A DNA stretch of 64,000 nt from Nemertoderma westbladi. Taxonomy: Eukaryota > Animalia > Xenacoelomorpha. Each line of letters begins with the position of its first letter. Position 1 is the stretch's first letter. The stretch is from positions 1-64,000 of the forward strand of contig JAUCBJ010006799.1 in assembly GCA_032718475.1 (NCBI GenBank). The letters run 5' to 3'. The position numbers and the translations under genes were made by a program. Positions 20,127 to 33,237 of this stretch are shown piece by piece. The notes beneath the pieces are model-generated. The model saw nothing but the letters and a program-made list of their open reading frames with translations, was not told the DNA's origin and ran no database searches.

Positions 20127-22050
20127 TATAGAATTATATTCCCTAAATGCCGTGGATTTTCAAAATTTTATTTTATTCGAATTAACTTTGTAAAGATTGC
20201 TTTGAGTTCTCATTAGTATTGGTTCTATCTATTGTGTATCTATCGGTCAAGTGGTTCAGTAGCTCAGTTGGTAGAGCGTTGGAAATTATAAGTGTAGTAG
20301 GTATCGAGTTCGAATCCTAGTAAGTGCGAATTATTTTGTGCAGAATTTCAACTCATTTTAATTAACCGCTACAAATTAATTGCATTTGTCTGTACCAATA
20401 AGGCTGTAGTTATTTGATTGTAACCAATGTCGTGCAAGTTATATATTAGCTGGACCAATAAGCTATCTTTAAAACCTTGTTAGAACCCATAGAACAATCG
20501 AGAATTTTCTCGATTGATTGCAGCACAAATTTAGTATATAAAGGTGCGATTCGTTCATTAGTTATCACACTACACTATTCAATCTCTCAATCTTATATCT
20601 ATACTTCTCAGATTTATTCTGTCGTGCTTAGTTTATTCTCAGATTACATTGTATTATAATTGTGTCTTCTGTAATAAAGTCAGAATATTCTCTCAGCTTT
20701 TCTGTTTTACTATGGTTTCACTACGGTGAACAAACTCAGGGACAGGATGGCCGGCTAGAGATCGGGCCGCAGCAATGAACGGGAACATCACGGGAATGTA
20801 GACGAGAGACAACTCACAATACCATTTAAAGTTATTCGCCCATCGCCTGAAAGGTTAGACAGCGTTCGATCCTTGCTACCTAAGTGTAAGACCAAAAGAT
20901 CAACAGGTAGACGTAGTGACACGCTGTAAGCCCAAAATTACATCATAGGGACTGTACTGTCTTGATTCAGGAAAAACCCACAGTAGACCTTCACATTCCT
21001 ACGGGAGGGAGAGAGAGCAGATACTAGTACGCAGATAGGACGTAGGCACACCGGTACAAGGCATACACATTGGTTAGGGTGCAGCAAACTGTACGCTTAA
21101 CTCTTGCTAAGTACAGGTGTGTGTGCGACTATTTGCCGTACAACGGTGTCCATTACATCAGAACTTGTAGGCTAGGGGGGTTGCTGTGTTTTCACCTGAA
21201 TGGGGATTGTACCGTTCAGGCGGTAGGGCAGTTTACGCTAGGCGCAAAATAAATTGAGGCTATCAGGGATATACTAACATCTACCGTGTCCCCGCCAACG
21301 CCCTAATAGGAAGTTACCTGGACTACCTGGGTGACTAAAATTCTAGATAGGAGCCAGGATAGCTATTAGTACCCGTACGCCTACCGTAGTAAACTAACAC
21401 ATCTCTTCTTAGTATCAGGGACCTGGTACCTAAAATTGCCGAATTCTGGGCGTAGTATTAACCTTATGCCTGAATTTGAGTCCTGGAAATACGCAAGAGG
21501 GGAAGGAACCTTATCATTCGTGAGTATTGGACCTACAAGTTATAAAATTAGAATATTCGTAAAATGCACACCGTACCCAGTAATTATATATGTGAAGGAG
21601 CAAAACTGCTTTGACCGTTCAGAATTAACACACGCGCGTTAGAAATTATTTACACCTCGAAATATATAAAATTAACTTTCGTCCTTACTGCACTTTGCTC
21701 GCTAGTTAGACATCTCCAAATCTGCTCTGTACCTAGCTAGCGTCCCTTTGCCCAACCATATAAATCACACCGCGGCAAAGTATACGAGCCTCTTAGTCCG
21801 TCAGTGAGTCAGCCTGATTTTAGGATTCGCTGCGCGGGATTTTGTTTCATCGAAGTTTGTCTGCTCGTAGACTGTTTTCTGCCTCACCGGTTAAAAGAGA
21901 TCGATACTGCAATATATTCGCTTACTTGGGGTTTACTGTTTTGGTGAGAAGGTCGGATTTATGATTTGATTTACAAACTTTACAGTAGGATATTGCAGGT
22001 ATTGTTACCGTCTCTTCCGATAGTAGGAATAGGCGTATCTCTCCAATTTA
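20127..22050 (+). repeat. 3' LTR (1,924 bp)
   Basis: Copy of 3611-5534, preceded by the PPT-like catggagcgg and followed by the TSD tcgca. Confidence 0.97.
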
Positions 22051-22602
22051 TCGCATATTATTTAATTTACTTAACCAAGAATGAAATCTATAAACCTTGT
22101 AACATGTTAAACTCATAAAGTAATATATTAAATATTTTAAGCGTGGAGGCGATCCATTTTGTAAGAAATATAAAACTTACCTTATGCCGAGTATTGATAC
22201 TGGGATATTTATTTATCATGTCAACGCCTCAACGCAATCATTTAGCTAATTATTCTGAAGAATCATGATTAAGTACTCGGCCAATCATTTTGTAAGCTAA
22301 ACACAATAACCAAGCTGGCTTATTAGTCTGGCTCATTACAATGCTGCCTTTGAGTGGAGGTGAGGTGTGGTGTGGTTGGACTGGTTCCCCTTCCAAGCTA
22401 GGCTAGGCGTGCCAACGAAGGAGGGAGCTATAGCTGGAGACGGGGCATTTTAATAAGTTAATTACGTTTAGATCAATTAAAAACACATTTCTTAAAGCAA
22501 ATCTCTTGAACTATAATGGAATGTTGTATGTGGATTACAGCTGTATAACTTTTAAGTATAATTATTTAAATCTTATACTAGAAAATAATTAATATCCTTT
22601 AA

Positions 22603-24008
22603 CCCTATTACCACTGGGGGGGGGGGGGGGGGGGGGCGAATCGGCCCCTTCCTAGTTTTTAGTTGCTGTAACTATGCAACCCCATTACGTACCGGCCCAA
22701 TTTTTTGTGAGAATTAGCCAAATTTAATGCCGCATCTTTTGCAAAATACGCCGTTGCAATTGGATTTCTACTTTTCGATGTGGATGCCACCTCAAAATTT
22801 GGCCCAGCACCAAATTTTTAGAAATTTTCGAATTTTACAAAGTCATTCGTGATTTAGTAATTATTTACGTTTGGGCTATTTTTATTTATTTTTATTGGTT
22901 TGGATCACTCTAATGCTCTATACAAGTATGTAAGTGTAGTGGTACGTCATTTTTGGAGCACCAAATTTAGGGCGTGGCACTTTAAAATTTCAAAATTACT
23001 TTATTCGGAAAATTTACTAAAGTTCTGATTTCGAAGCATTTTTATTGGTTTTCTGGAGCGCTGAATCGATTAAAAGTAGTATAGAAGCCTGAAGACTTAG
23101 TGGTTCGCCATTTTTGATGCACCAAAATTAGGGCGTGGCACTTCAAATTTTGAAAAATACGAGATTCTGAAAATACACTAAAGTTTTGATTTGCAAAGCA
23201 TTTTTATAGGTTTTCTGGAGCGCTGAATCGATTGAAAGTAATATAGAAGCCTGAAGACTTAGTGGTTCGCCATTTTTGGTGCACCAAAATTAGGGCGTGG
23301 CACTTCAAATTTTGAAAAATACGAGATTCGGAAAATTCACTAAAGTGTTGATTTCAAATTAATTTTATAGGTTTTCTGGAGCGCTGAATCGATTGAAAGT
23401 AATATAGAAGCCTCAAATCCTTTCAATTTTGGTTTATTTTCCGAATCTCGTATTTTTCAAAATTTGAAGAGCCACGCCCTAATTTTGGTGCACCAAAAAT
23501 GGCGAACCACTCAGTCTTCAGGCTTCTATATTACTTTCAATCGATTCAGCGGCCCAGAAAACCCATAAAGATGCGTTGAAATAAAAAAAATTAGGGGCAT
23601 TTTCTGAATATTTAATTTTTCAAAATTTGAAGTGCCACGCCCACTTCTTATGTGCACGAAAAATAGCATCCACTTCAATTTTTCGAAGTGGAATATAATC
23701 ACATTCGATTCAGCGTCTTGAAAAACCTACTAAATCTAGCCAACACTGCCACACTATTAGTTTTTAGAAAACGAAAATTTTTGTAATTTTGTCCTGGGAC
23801 TACTTCTATTTTTCATCAAAATTATGAGTCCCTGCTTATGAAATTTTAACTTTTTAAGGTTTGGTAGTGTTCATCTATAGTTGTTTCACCAACAGCCCAA
23901 ATTTTGTAGGATTTCATTGGACGACTACGAAAATATAGTGGGTGGGCCGAATCGGCCCCCCCCCCCCCCAGTGGTGCTAATGGTCAAAACACCCCAGTGG
24001 TAATAGGG
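22603..24008. mobile_element. Non-autonomous piggyBac-like DNA transposon
   Basis: TTAA on both sides (22599-22602, 24009-24012). TIR CCCTATTACCACTGGGG. Subterminal cgaatcggccc repeats. Internal ~133-bp direct repeats and an inverted copy of them. No transposase ORF. Confidence 0.85.
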
Positions 24009-24076
24009 TTAAGAAGCAGGTTGACAATGATGTTTTCACCCTAATCAACTAATTAACTGCTATTATCTTAGCTTCT

Positions 24077-24362
24077 CGAAGACCACACGGAAATTCAACT
24101 TGGAAAATTTCTAAACTTTTGCCAGACTACATGTGTACCAGGTTTGGATAGATTTCATTAACATTTGGAGTTTTAACGTTTAAAATTGAACACAACAGAA
24201 CAACAGAACAACAGAACGACAGACACACCGATTGAGTTAGTGGTAACCGTATGCTAAGCTCTCTTACTTTCGTGGCTCACCCCACAACAGAACAACAGAC
24301 ACACCGATTGAGTTAGTGGTACCCGTATGCTAAGCTCTCTTACTTTCGTGGCTCGCCCCACA
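24077..24362 (-). mobile_element. Helentron-associated (DINE/HINE-like) non-autonomous element with a duplicated 5' end
   Basis: Reverse complement is homologous to 53607-53825: tgtggggcgagccacgaa terminus, (ctgtt/ctgtc)n microsatellite and an aaacttggtacacatg-like block. Confidence 0.5.
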
Positions 24363-25159
24363 ATGACTAAAGAGAGGGAGTGTGAAATGCTTATGATATT
24401 ACCTTTTTAGTTAATTCATTACAAATAGATTCTATTAATATTATAGTAAATGTTAATAGAAATAATATAATTAAATATTACATTAATGCTTTTGATAAAC
24501 GTTATTTGATTTTTGATTTCCAGTGATTTTGGGATTTTGTACTAGCTGTTTGTTGCGCCTACCTACAGTAAAATACGGCATCTGAATAATGTTTAAAAAT
24601 TCATTCACAAATTGCCAACACAATTATTAAAATAAACAAAATATATATTTAATTTTTTTCGTAATTTAATTAAATATTTTTTGTATATATATAAGATACT
24701 GTATAATTTCATTAATCACAATCTTGGTTTGATTTCAGATACCCGACAGTTTTTATCGGTCAGTAGGATCGCATAATTTCTAGGCCAGCAGTTTTAAACC
24801 CACTGGTTATGAAATTACCTCGGGATCAAAATTCCAAATTATTTGATCCCACAGTATGAAAATCATTTAGTATGTGAAATCAGATGGGTAAAAACACCGC
24901 GGGATGAAAGGAATGAAAATACACCTGTATTTGTACATTGCAATGTTAAAGCTTACAACCACGAGCGATGTTAATAACAATCATTGTTGCGTTCTTATGC
25001 GTATTATGTTCATATTTATGGAGAGTTTAATAGGGCAGAGACATTAATACATTCCCGTGTTCAACAGTTAGTCTCTTCAGTTATATTCAGTGCTTCTGAT
25101 TGGGTGGCTGGTTGATCAGTCATTCTTAAAATGCCTCAGATTAGTGGTTGATTGAACAA

Positions 25160-28100
25160 CTACGTTCTTCTGAAGTTCTTCTGATTCGGTGGCTGGCTAA
25201 CTTCAATTTTTGCGATCGGGTTACTGATTGGACAATTACGCGCTTCTGTTTGGGTTACTAATTGCGCAGCTGACTTCAAATCTTGTGATTGGATTACTGA
25301 TTGGATAGCTACCATAGAGGTTTCTGATTTGGTGACTGATTCAGCGATAGTTACTCTAAGTTCTTCTGATTGGGTGGCTTGTCTAACATTCCACATTGGC
25401 ACGTTGTCTGGTATTCGCATGAACCTGCCAGGGAATACAATTATTTAGCCATTACTGTATGTGGATGTCTGTCCAAAACAAACGTCACTTAAAACAGTTT
25501 TTTTTGTTGGGGAGTTGGGGACTCATGCCGTATCCAGATCTCAAGGTCTGGTTAGCCATACAATTTCCTATGTCATCCCTGTTCTCAAGTTCAGTGTCCC
25601 TGAGTAGGCATCAACTACTACTACTAGGATCGGCATGCTGCATTGCAGCTGCATTGTTAAGAATGCTGTGCCGGCTTGTCAACAAAATTGCACCGCCACA
25701 ACTCCCTATCACTCATGACATTTGCTAGATCATCCGCATCTTTAAGGCCAGTGTCCTTTAAGATGCGTCTCAAGAAAGTCATGGGCTGTCCACCATGCTT
25801 ATTCACTCCATGAGGCTGCCAAAGTACAAGATTATGCACTGGCTGGTCCTCACGGCGAAAGCAATGTCCTGCAAAGCGGAGGCGATTTTGTTCTAGTGTC
25901 AAGCTTGGGGGAACCAATGAGACACCTCCAATGTTATATAGTGTCTGGTTGGAGATGTGTGCATTGTACTTGACACAATGTACCCGGCGTAGCATTCTTG
26001 TGAATGTGCCATCCAGAGATTTGGTGTCCTCAGCAGTTAGAGCCCAGCATGGACTCCCGTAGAGGAGTACTGGAACTACTGCTGCTCTAAATAATCGGAC
26101 CTTAAGTTTCCGATTAATTCTAGGTGACTTCCAAATCCTGGAAAGCCTATTCAAGGCTGCCCATGCCTTTCCCTTACGTATTCGAAGGTCCTCACCTGAC
26201 TTCCGGATCCATGATCCCAGGTAACAGAAGTCGTCCACATGCTCAAGCATACCATCCTTTGAGCTTATGCTCATCCGATCAGAGACTTGCTGAGGACTTT
26301 CAAAGTTAACTGTCAGAATTTTGGTCTTTTTGGAGTTAATAAAAAGACCAACACTAGAAGCAGCATGTTCTAATGAGCTGAGGAGCCGCTGGGCTCCCTC
26401 TAATGATTCTGAGAGTACTCCTAAGTCATCAGCAAAGTCTAGATCAGTTAGGTACTTGGCAGGATTTCCTCGACTTCTGGAGCCAGTAGGTGGAGTTATC
26501 ATCACCCCATCATCATTATGATGATCTAAGGACATGCGTAGAACATAGTCAACCACAATAATGAACAAGAATGGTGCAAGTGTGTCTCCTTGGAGGACGC
26601 CCCATAACACTTCAAATGGTTCTGTGTCACCGTTCTCAAGTTCAGTGTCCCTGAGTAGGCATCAAGGTAAATCATTGGCGGCCCAGATTGCAAATTCTGA
26701 GATAGCAGAAGTCATTCACATACTTACCAATCCATCCATTCAATCATGTTATCGCGATCCATGTTTACTGTCAGAATTTTGGGTTACTAAATTATTATTG
26801 TGATATTCACAAAAAGGAGAACACTGGATGGAGCCCCCTTGTGTGCCCCCTCCAATGTTTCTGCGAGAAAACCAAGATCGGTTAGATGTTGGAGATTCAC
26901 GACTGCCGCATCCTGTGACATTTCCACACCATCAGCATGTCGATTATAGATTGTTGCCGTAATTGTTATATTTATTAATAAATGTGAATAACCTGTATAC
27001 TCGTTTTACGTTCCCCCTTTCCCGTGCCAATATCCCGGTCTTGTAATAGTGGCGAAGCGCCCGACTCAGTTTCTCGTAAGTCATACCGCTCTTCCGCTTC
27101 TGCGCTCCCCACAAGTCTGCTAGTCCACTGGAGTTAACGATCGCGAAGATCATTTTTGTTCTATCCAGCCATTTAATTAGGTGAGAATTAGACGATTCGT
27201 GGAGAAGTTTATAAAGGAAGGGGAGAAGTCGAGTTCGCTCTAAAAGGTATAGACACAATCAGCCATTGATTTAGTTTAACATAAATCTTAAAACTATAAC
27301 TTTACCTCTGGAATAATGTAAACTTCGTTTATTCAGTAGGCCTGCCTAGTTTAATTTATTACCAAAATACAGAGAAATAATTTTAATGGGTACACAGTCT
27401 TTACCATTCTTGTCTAGACGGATTTTTTTGATCGGCGATAATTTACCGGATTGTTACCGGGCTGACTATACAAAATATGTTGACGTCTGCAATTGCAATC
27501 AAATTGTTAAATAAATTGTTATTCATTCTTCGTTGTGAGTTACCGCTGGAACTAAACTTGAGAGACGGGGTAAAATCCCTGTTAAAAATAGGGCATTTTT
27601 TTTTGTAAAATTGGGGAAATTGTTAAAAATAGGGAAATAGTAGCAGGCTATACGTATATATATAAAGCCCCCTACCTCATCAACATAAACGAATTACAAA
27701 AACATACTCAGAAGCATTATGATAATGCTCTCCATAGTGAAAAAATATCAACCGCCCCTATTGGGGCTCGAACTCGGTACCTAGGTTTCAAACTTCCGGT
27801 TATCATTATCATAATGTACTATAACATTTATATAATTCGCCGTCACCCTCCCCACAACAATTCATTTATACTCAGAAGCACATAAATTACATTAAATTTA
27901 ATAAATTACAGAAAATACATTTTTGAAGTGGGCTAATCAGTTATATCGGTACTACTGTAGTTATTACAATGTCTAAGTTCTGGAACAAGTCAAATTCGTC
28001 GCACTGTTTCATTTCTACTGGGGGTTGTGTTTCGTTCGTGAAATTTAACCATTAATCAGTAAACACATGATGCGAAGTGACGATTTAGAGACCGGGTGGG

Positions 28101-31100
28101 ATTCCTTATCATTATAGTTTCACCGTTATTCAGTTGATTCTCACCGACAGCACCGACTTCAAGAATTGGGTTGGATAGTTGTAAAGACCCATTAACAGAT
28201 AAACTGATATTTTCTGTTGTAGCATTACTAACTCGTCCACAATGCGGACTAAATAAGTCGGGAACTCTTTTAGTTGGGTGCCGTACCAATTCCAATTGCG
28301 GCGTACAAAGTACTGTGTCTGTGTGAAAAATTATATCCTAAACGTTGCTTGCCAGAAATAGTATGCAAGCAAACATTCGAAAAAAGGGACAATGATAGTG
28401 GGGGAACTTGATTCCTTGGATGATTCCATATAGGAATTGCAGATAGGGGGGGGGGGGGGGGGGGGGGGCTGATTACTCTCAAAAATAAAACTGTAACCTG
28501 TTCTATTGTGTTTAGTTTATTGTTTTGGTTAAAATAACGTGCCACTGTAACCTGCTCCTACTGCACCCTCAACAAATATTCCATGAGACCAATGAGTTTG
28601 ATAAAAGTGTCGATTATATTTAGACAAAAAGTTGAACATTCGAGGATAAAATTCACAATGGAAATAAATTATCTTCATTGATTATTGACATACAGTTAAA
28701 TTTCTCACTAAATGTGAGTACTGACAGCATCTACCGTAATAACTGTAGCTTATGCTTTAAGGTCTGTAACCTACACCTTTCATTACCAGCAAGCGTTATT
28801 TGTAAAACATCATACAGGGTAAATAAATGATGAAATAAATGATATCTATTCGAATAAAGAAATTCGAATAGAGGAATAGTAAGATGGCTACTACAGTAAT
28901 ACGTGTATAATGGTTATACTAAGGAAAATATCCAAATAAACAAATAAACCAATAATATTGCCCTAAATTCCCTTGTTGCTAGGTAACTGTTTACGTTACT
29001 CATGACTGACCAATGACAAAACCTCTTATTAAGAGTTCCATATTTTTAACAATGTCCCTATTTTTAACAAATTCTGCCCTATTTTTAACAGAGATTTTAC
29101 CTCTACTGATACTTGAAGGGCAACATCTTTTTTACGCGATCAGTAAATCTTAACTTTAGAATGTGGTGAATGTTTTGATAAATTATATTTCATTCACATT
29201 AATCTCTATACAATTACGACAGGTTGGCGAGTGCCAACGAAACAGTTCAACGCGCGCTCCCTAGTTTAATTAAAAGTTTCAAATATTACCATTAAAATAT
29301 TTTTATACTGTTTATTTAGTAAAAGTTCACCTACCAGTGGATTTCTTGATGGCCTCCTTATTTTGTATCATCATAATTTCCTTTCGTCGACTCGAACTTC
29401 TGGCATTGTTCGGTATAAAAATATGTTGATTATCATTATTTAGATGGGAGTGTCTTTCAGGCGAGTTCATATGAAGAAGTCGTTTGTAGGAGTTTTGCTC
29501 AGATGAACAATCGATTTCTTGGTATTGTCGAACTTTGGTACAGTCATCTGGAAGGGGAGTCATGTTATTGGTACTTGAATATGACGGTAACTCTCCTAGG
29601 GATGATGTTCTTTGTTTATCATTCTTGCTACACTCTCTTCCATTCTTTATTACGGAGTAGTTTGGAAGAGATAGTGCGTTGTACTTCGAGGCTGAAGGAC
29701 CTTCCTCTTTAATATTATCTTCGGTAACACCAGTGGCATGTAAATCACGTGCATTATTGTCAAAGGGACATGGTGGCAAGAATTTCATCTCTAGATTTTT
29801 GTTAATCAAAACTGATTGGTGGAAGCCGTTGTGTAGAGTGTCTGACTCTCCCGTGGTTACTATTGGAGGTGGTATAGCGTCCCATTTAAATTCCGGTAAT
29901 GAATAACAGTTTCGTAACAAAAGGCCTACGTGTTGTGGAGAGCCTTGATGTTGTGCAGCCTTTGTTAGTGGTGGTGTTGGTTCAGGTGATAATGTGGAAG
30001 TAAGCATCAATGGTAGATTCACTATGGGCGGTGGGACTACATTCTCATTGGCTGTAAAATTATATAAATTTAATGAGGCAAAGTATCTGGTATGAGTGCT
30101 CGACAAATACAGTTCAGAACAGAAAGTTACTTCAGAATGTAGAAAATTGAATGTAATTCTTAAAATTACCTATCTACAGTAATTAGCTCATTACGAATTT
30201 ATACTTAACGATACGTTAAAAGCGAAGCAGATATGTAAAGGTAAACATTATATTATAACAAATTAAATTCTCAGCGTGATATAAAGCACAATTTTTCTTC
30301 CATGAAATTAAAAGTTATTTAGTAAGTTTTTAGTACCGAAATCTTCTCTTACCTGCAAACAAATTAACTTACCCTTACTGATTATTCGAACTAGTATATG
30401 ATGGAGAAGGTCACCACATGAACCAGCTCTAGTCAGGAAGCCTTCCCTATCCAACAGACACAGACCTTTTCCGTTCATTGCGAAGTTTTCGCAAACAGAT
30501 TCAGGTAGATTTAACGAGAATTCATTCTTGCACCATCGCATCCACAACATGACGTCATCCCTTGTCCACAGGAACGGATGACCTGATAATTACAATAGAG
30601 TAAAAATATAATAGAATTAAAAAATACAATTAATTAACACTCGCAATAATAGTTGTATCTTTTTTAACGTCTTTTTCATAATGAAATAATTGATGCGATA
30701 AAATATTATTCTAACTCTAGGCCTACGTTATGATCACCATTGATATCTGAGGTATATTTTGCAACACAGGTACAGTAAGGACCTCGATATGTTATTTATA
30801 TTGACTGGCTCAGACTATTACAACACTGGTGTAAGCAATCCCCATGGGGCGATATCACTGCCATGTCTCGCTTTGAAAAATATCACAAATACGCTAATGA
30901 TATTTCAACAGAGTATTTTTCGCCCAAAGCTTCAAAATCTTCTTTTTTAGAAAAGTCATTTTTAATATTCATAATTTTGCTTGCTGATAATATCCCCATA
31001 TACAAGTGCTTATATACAGTATGGCATAGAATTCATCAACACATATTGTAACAAAATGTGGAGTTTGGTAAATTTAATATAACAAATTTACATTCAAAAT

Positions 31101-31730
31101 TAAACATTATTCATTTTTTAAAACACCTTGAAAGACATGTGGCCTGTACGGATGAAAGAGAGTGAATTTACTGCGTATAATATAAAGCAGTTTATGGGGT
31201 AAATCTTATACATTGCTGTCGTTCGGAGGGGCAAATCTTATACCATTGCTGTCGTTCGGAGGGGCAAATCTTATACCATTGCTGTCGTTCGGAGGGGCAA
31301 ATCTTATACCATTGCTGTCGTTCGGAGGGGCAAATCTTATACCATTGCTGTCGTTCGGAGGGGCAAATCTTATACCATTGCTGTCGTTCGGAGGGGCAAA
31401 TCTTATACCATTGCTGTCGTTTGGAATTTTAAAAACAACCGAGATTTTTTCCAGCGTTTCCTAAATTTGTCATTTTGTTGCAGAATTTTTACTAATATAG
31501 AGATAGGGCCTAAAGATATAAACTACAGTAGTCGTCAAAAAATGGTCCATATTATAAAACATTTATGTTTTGCACTAAAGTGCGGCACTTTTATGAAATT
31601 GGCTTTTGGGGCATTTAAAAAATGATGTTTGGTATTTGGTGTCACCGATATTTGGTGTAAACATTAATAACTTACGTAATGGTGTCAGATGGAATGATGT
31701 ATTGTCAATCCCTAATAAAGATTCATCCAT
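25160..31730 (-). CDS. Tel/ETV6/Yan-like PNT(SAM)+ETS transcription factor; predicted exons 31730-31676, 30582-30373, 30129-29335, 27239-26993, 25424-25160
   Basis: PNT domain: LR|HPFLWTRDDVMLWMRWCKNEFSL...FAMNGKGLCLLDREGFLTRAGSCGDLLHHIL. ETS domain: LIKWLDRTKMIFAIVNSSGLADLWGAQKRKSGMTYEKLSRALRHYYKTGIL...VYR|FMRIPD (ETV6 has RFMKTPD). All four GT-AG introns are phase-compatible (1,1,1,2). The start codon is tentative. Confidence 0.85.
25615..26631 (-). mobile_element. 5'-truncated RTE-clade LINE (RT C-terminal half) in the last ETS intron, with a 34-bp TSD
   Basis: GVLQGDTLAPFLF, LDFADD, FCYLGS and RLRFAGHC in an uninterrupted ORF (25657-26610). Short 3' UTR and (TAG)n tail. gttctcaagttcagtgtccctgagtaggcatcaa is duplicated at 25581-25614 and 26632-26665. 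Confidence 0.9.
31200..31422. repeat. 33-bp minisatellite, ~6.7 copies (intronic)
   Basis: Unit gcaaatcttataccattgctgtcgttcggaggg, with near-identical copies and no spacers. Confidence 0.95.
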
Positions 31731-32320
31731 TACCGATCCCCCAAAATATCACTCAATTCCACAGGTGATGTAGCATGTTGGGTGGTGTGCCTGTAGAATG
31801 GACCAAGGTTAATACTGAGTACGGTAAGACTTAAAAAAACTAATTGATATTAAAGAATTAAAGAAAATTCACAGAATAATTAAAGTGAAGTTTAAGGACA
31901 TAGTTATAATGTTTGGTAAAGGCCTGTGGATTACTTGTGTAACTTCCTTGATTCAACATTTATTTAATCATCATACGAGAACCCGATTCGCTTGTTACGT
32001 TCAACTATTTAATTAATACTGTTCGTACAATGTAGTGTACACTGTAGTTATTTGGCCAGTAAAAAGGCTTGTTTGTTCACTACCATAACTACTATTGTAG
32101 CCAAGTGCCTACAGAGGGGTTGGGCTAATCAAACAGGCCAGGGTGAAAATGGCTGAGGCGATTTACTTTCTATTAGTGATAAATATGTCCTTTGAATATT
32201 ATGTCCAATGATTTACGACTATTTTCAGATAATCACCCATCTCTCTACTACAACAACTGATGATGGACACCTCAACATCGTCCTCTTCAGAGACACCCTC
32301 AGTGTTCCAGCTATATTGTG

Positions 32321-33237
32321 CCGGTGTCACAAGGAAATCAGCCCCCCCTAGAATATGCCCCCCGGGGCATTATTTCCTAGGATATTATGTCCCCCCGGGC
32401 AATTTTTCCTAGGAAATTTAGCCCGGGGGGGCATTTTCTCCTTAGGAAATAATGCCTCCCCTCAGGAAAATTAGCCCCCCTCAAAAGTCTGAAAACTGGT
32501 ACGATACCGGTCTGCTGGTAGCCACTTTTAATCTACCAACTGCAGAACTTGTAATAGTTGGAAGAATAGTACGGTACCGGTCTGCCGGTAGGTAAGCAGG
32601 TAAGGCAGTAAGGGATGTAGAACAGCATACTGAAGTATCTAAGTCAGTAGGCTACTGTAGTAAGTACTGGTATAACAGCAGTGCGAGTGTGTGGTGTTGT
32701 GTGGGCGCCGAGCAGCTCCAAGCTTTTTTAAGTCTGTAACCTGCTCCTTTCCCTGATTTGGTAAAGTGATTGTTTATTGTTTTGGTTAGAAAATCCCGCC
32801 TCTGTAACCTGCTCCTTTCTCTCAATTGGTAATGTTATCGTTTATTGTTTTGGTTAGAAAATCCCGTCTCTGTAACCTGCTCCTTTCCCTGATTTGCTAA
32901 AGTGACTGTTTATTGTTTTGGTTAGAAAATCCCGCCTCTGTAACCTGCTCCTTTCCCTCAATTAGTTAAATGATCGTTTATTGTTTTGGTTAGAAAGGCC
33001 TGCCTCTGTAACCTGCTCCTTTCCTTCATTTGGTAAAGTGACTGTTTATTGTTTTGTATAATTTTTGTAAGTTTTAGTAGTAATAAGTTTTGTTTATTGT
33101 ATAATTCAGGGGGGGCATAATTTCCTAAGGGGGGGCATTTTTTCCTAGGGAAATTTGCCCGGGGGGGCATTTTTTCCTAGGAAAATATGCCCCCCCGGGC
33201 ACATTTCCCGGGGGGGCATATTTTCCTGTTACACCGG
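32321..33237. mobile_element. MITE-like element with TIRs and an internal ~69-bp tandem array
   Basis: Ends ccggtgtcacaaggaaa / tttcctgttacaccgg. Subterminal ggaaa..gccccc repeats at both ends. About five copies of ctgtaacctgctcctttc...tttattgttttggttagaaaa at 32733-33056. Confidence 0.65.

Larger units (their letters stand above)
3611..22050 (+). mobile_element. Full-length BEL/Pao (Belpaoviridae) LTR retrotransposon, 18.4 kb, with accessory ORFs
   Basis: Direct repeats 3611-5534 and 20127-22050 (offset 16516). TSD TCGCA at 3606-3610 and 22051-22055. Domain order is gag Zn knuckles, protease, RT, RNase H, integrase, with Pao-type motifs. A purine-rich GGAGCGG lies just before the 3' LTR. 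Confidence 0.97.

Noticed and set aside
31200-31422. 33-bp repeats resembling a CRISPR array, and the 83-aa ORF over them
   Set aside because: Head-to-tail copies with no unique spacers, no cas genes and a eukaryotic intronic context. It is a minisatellite.
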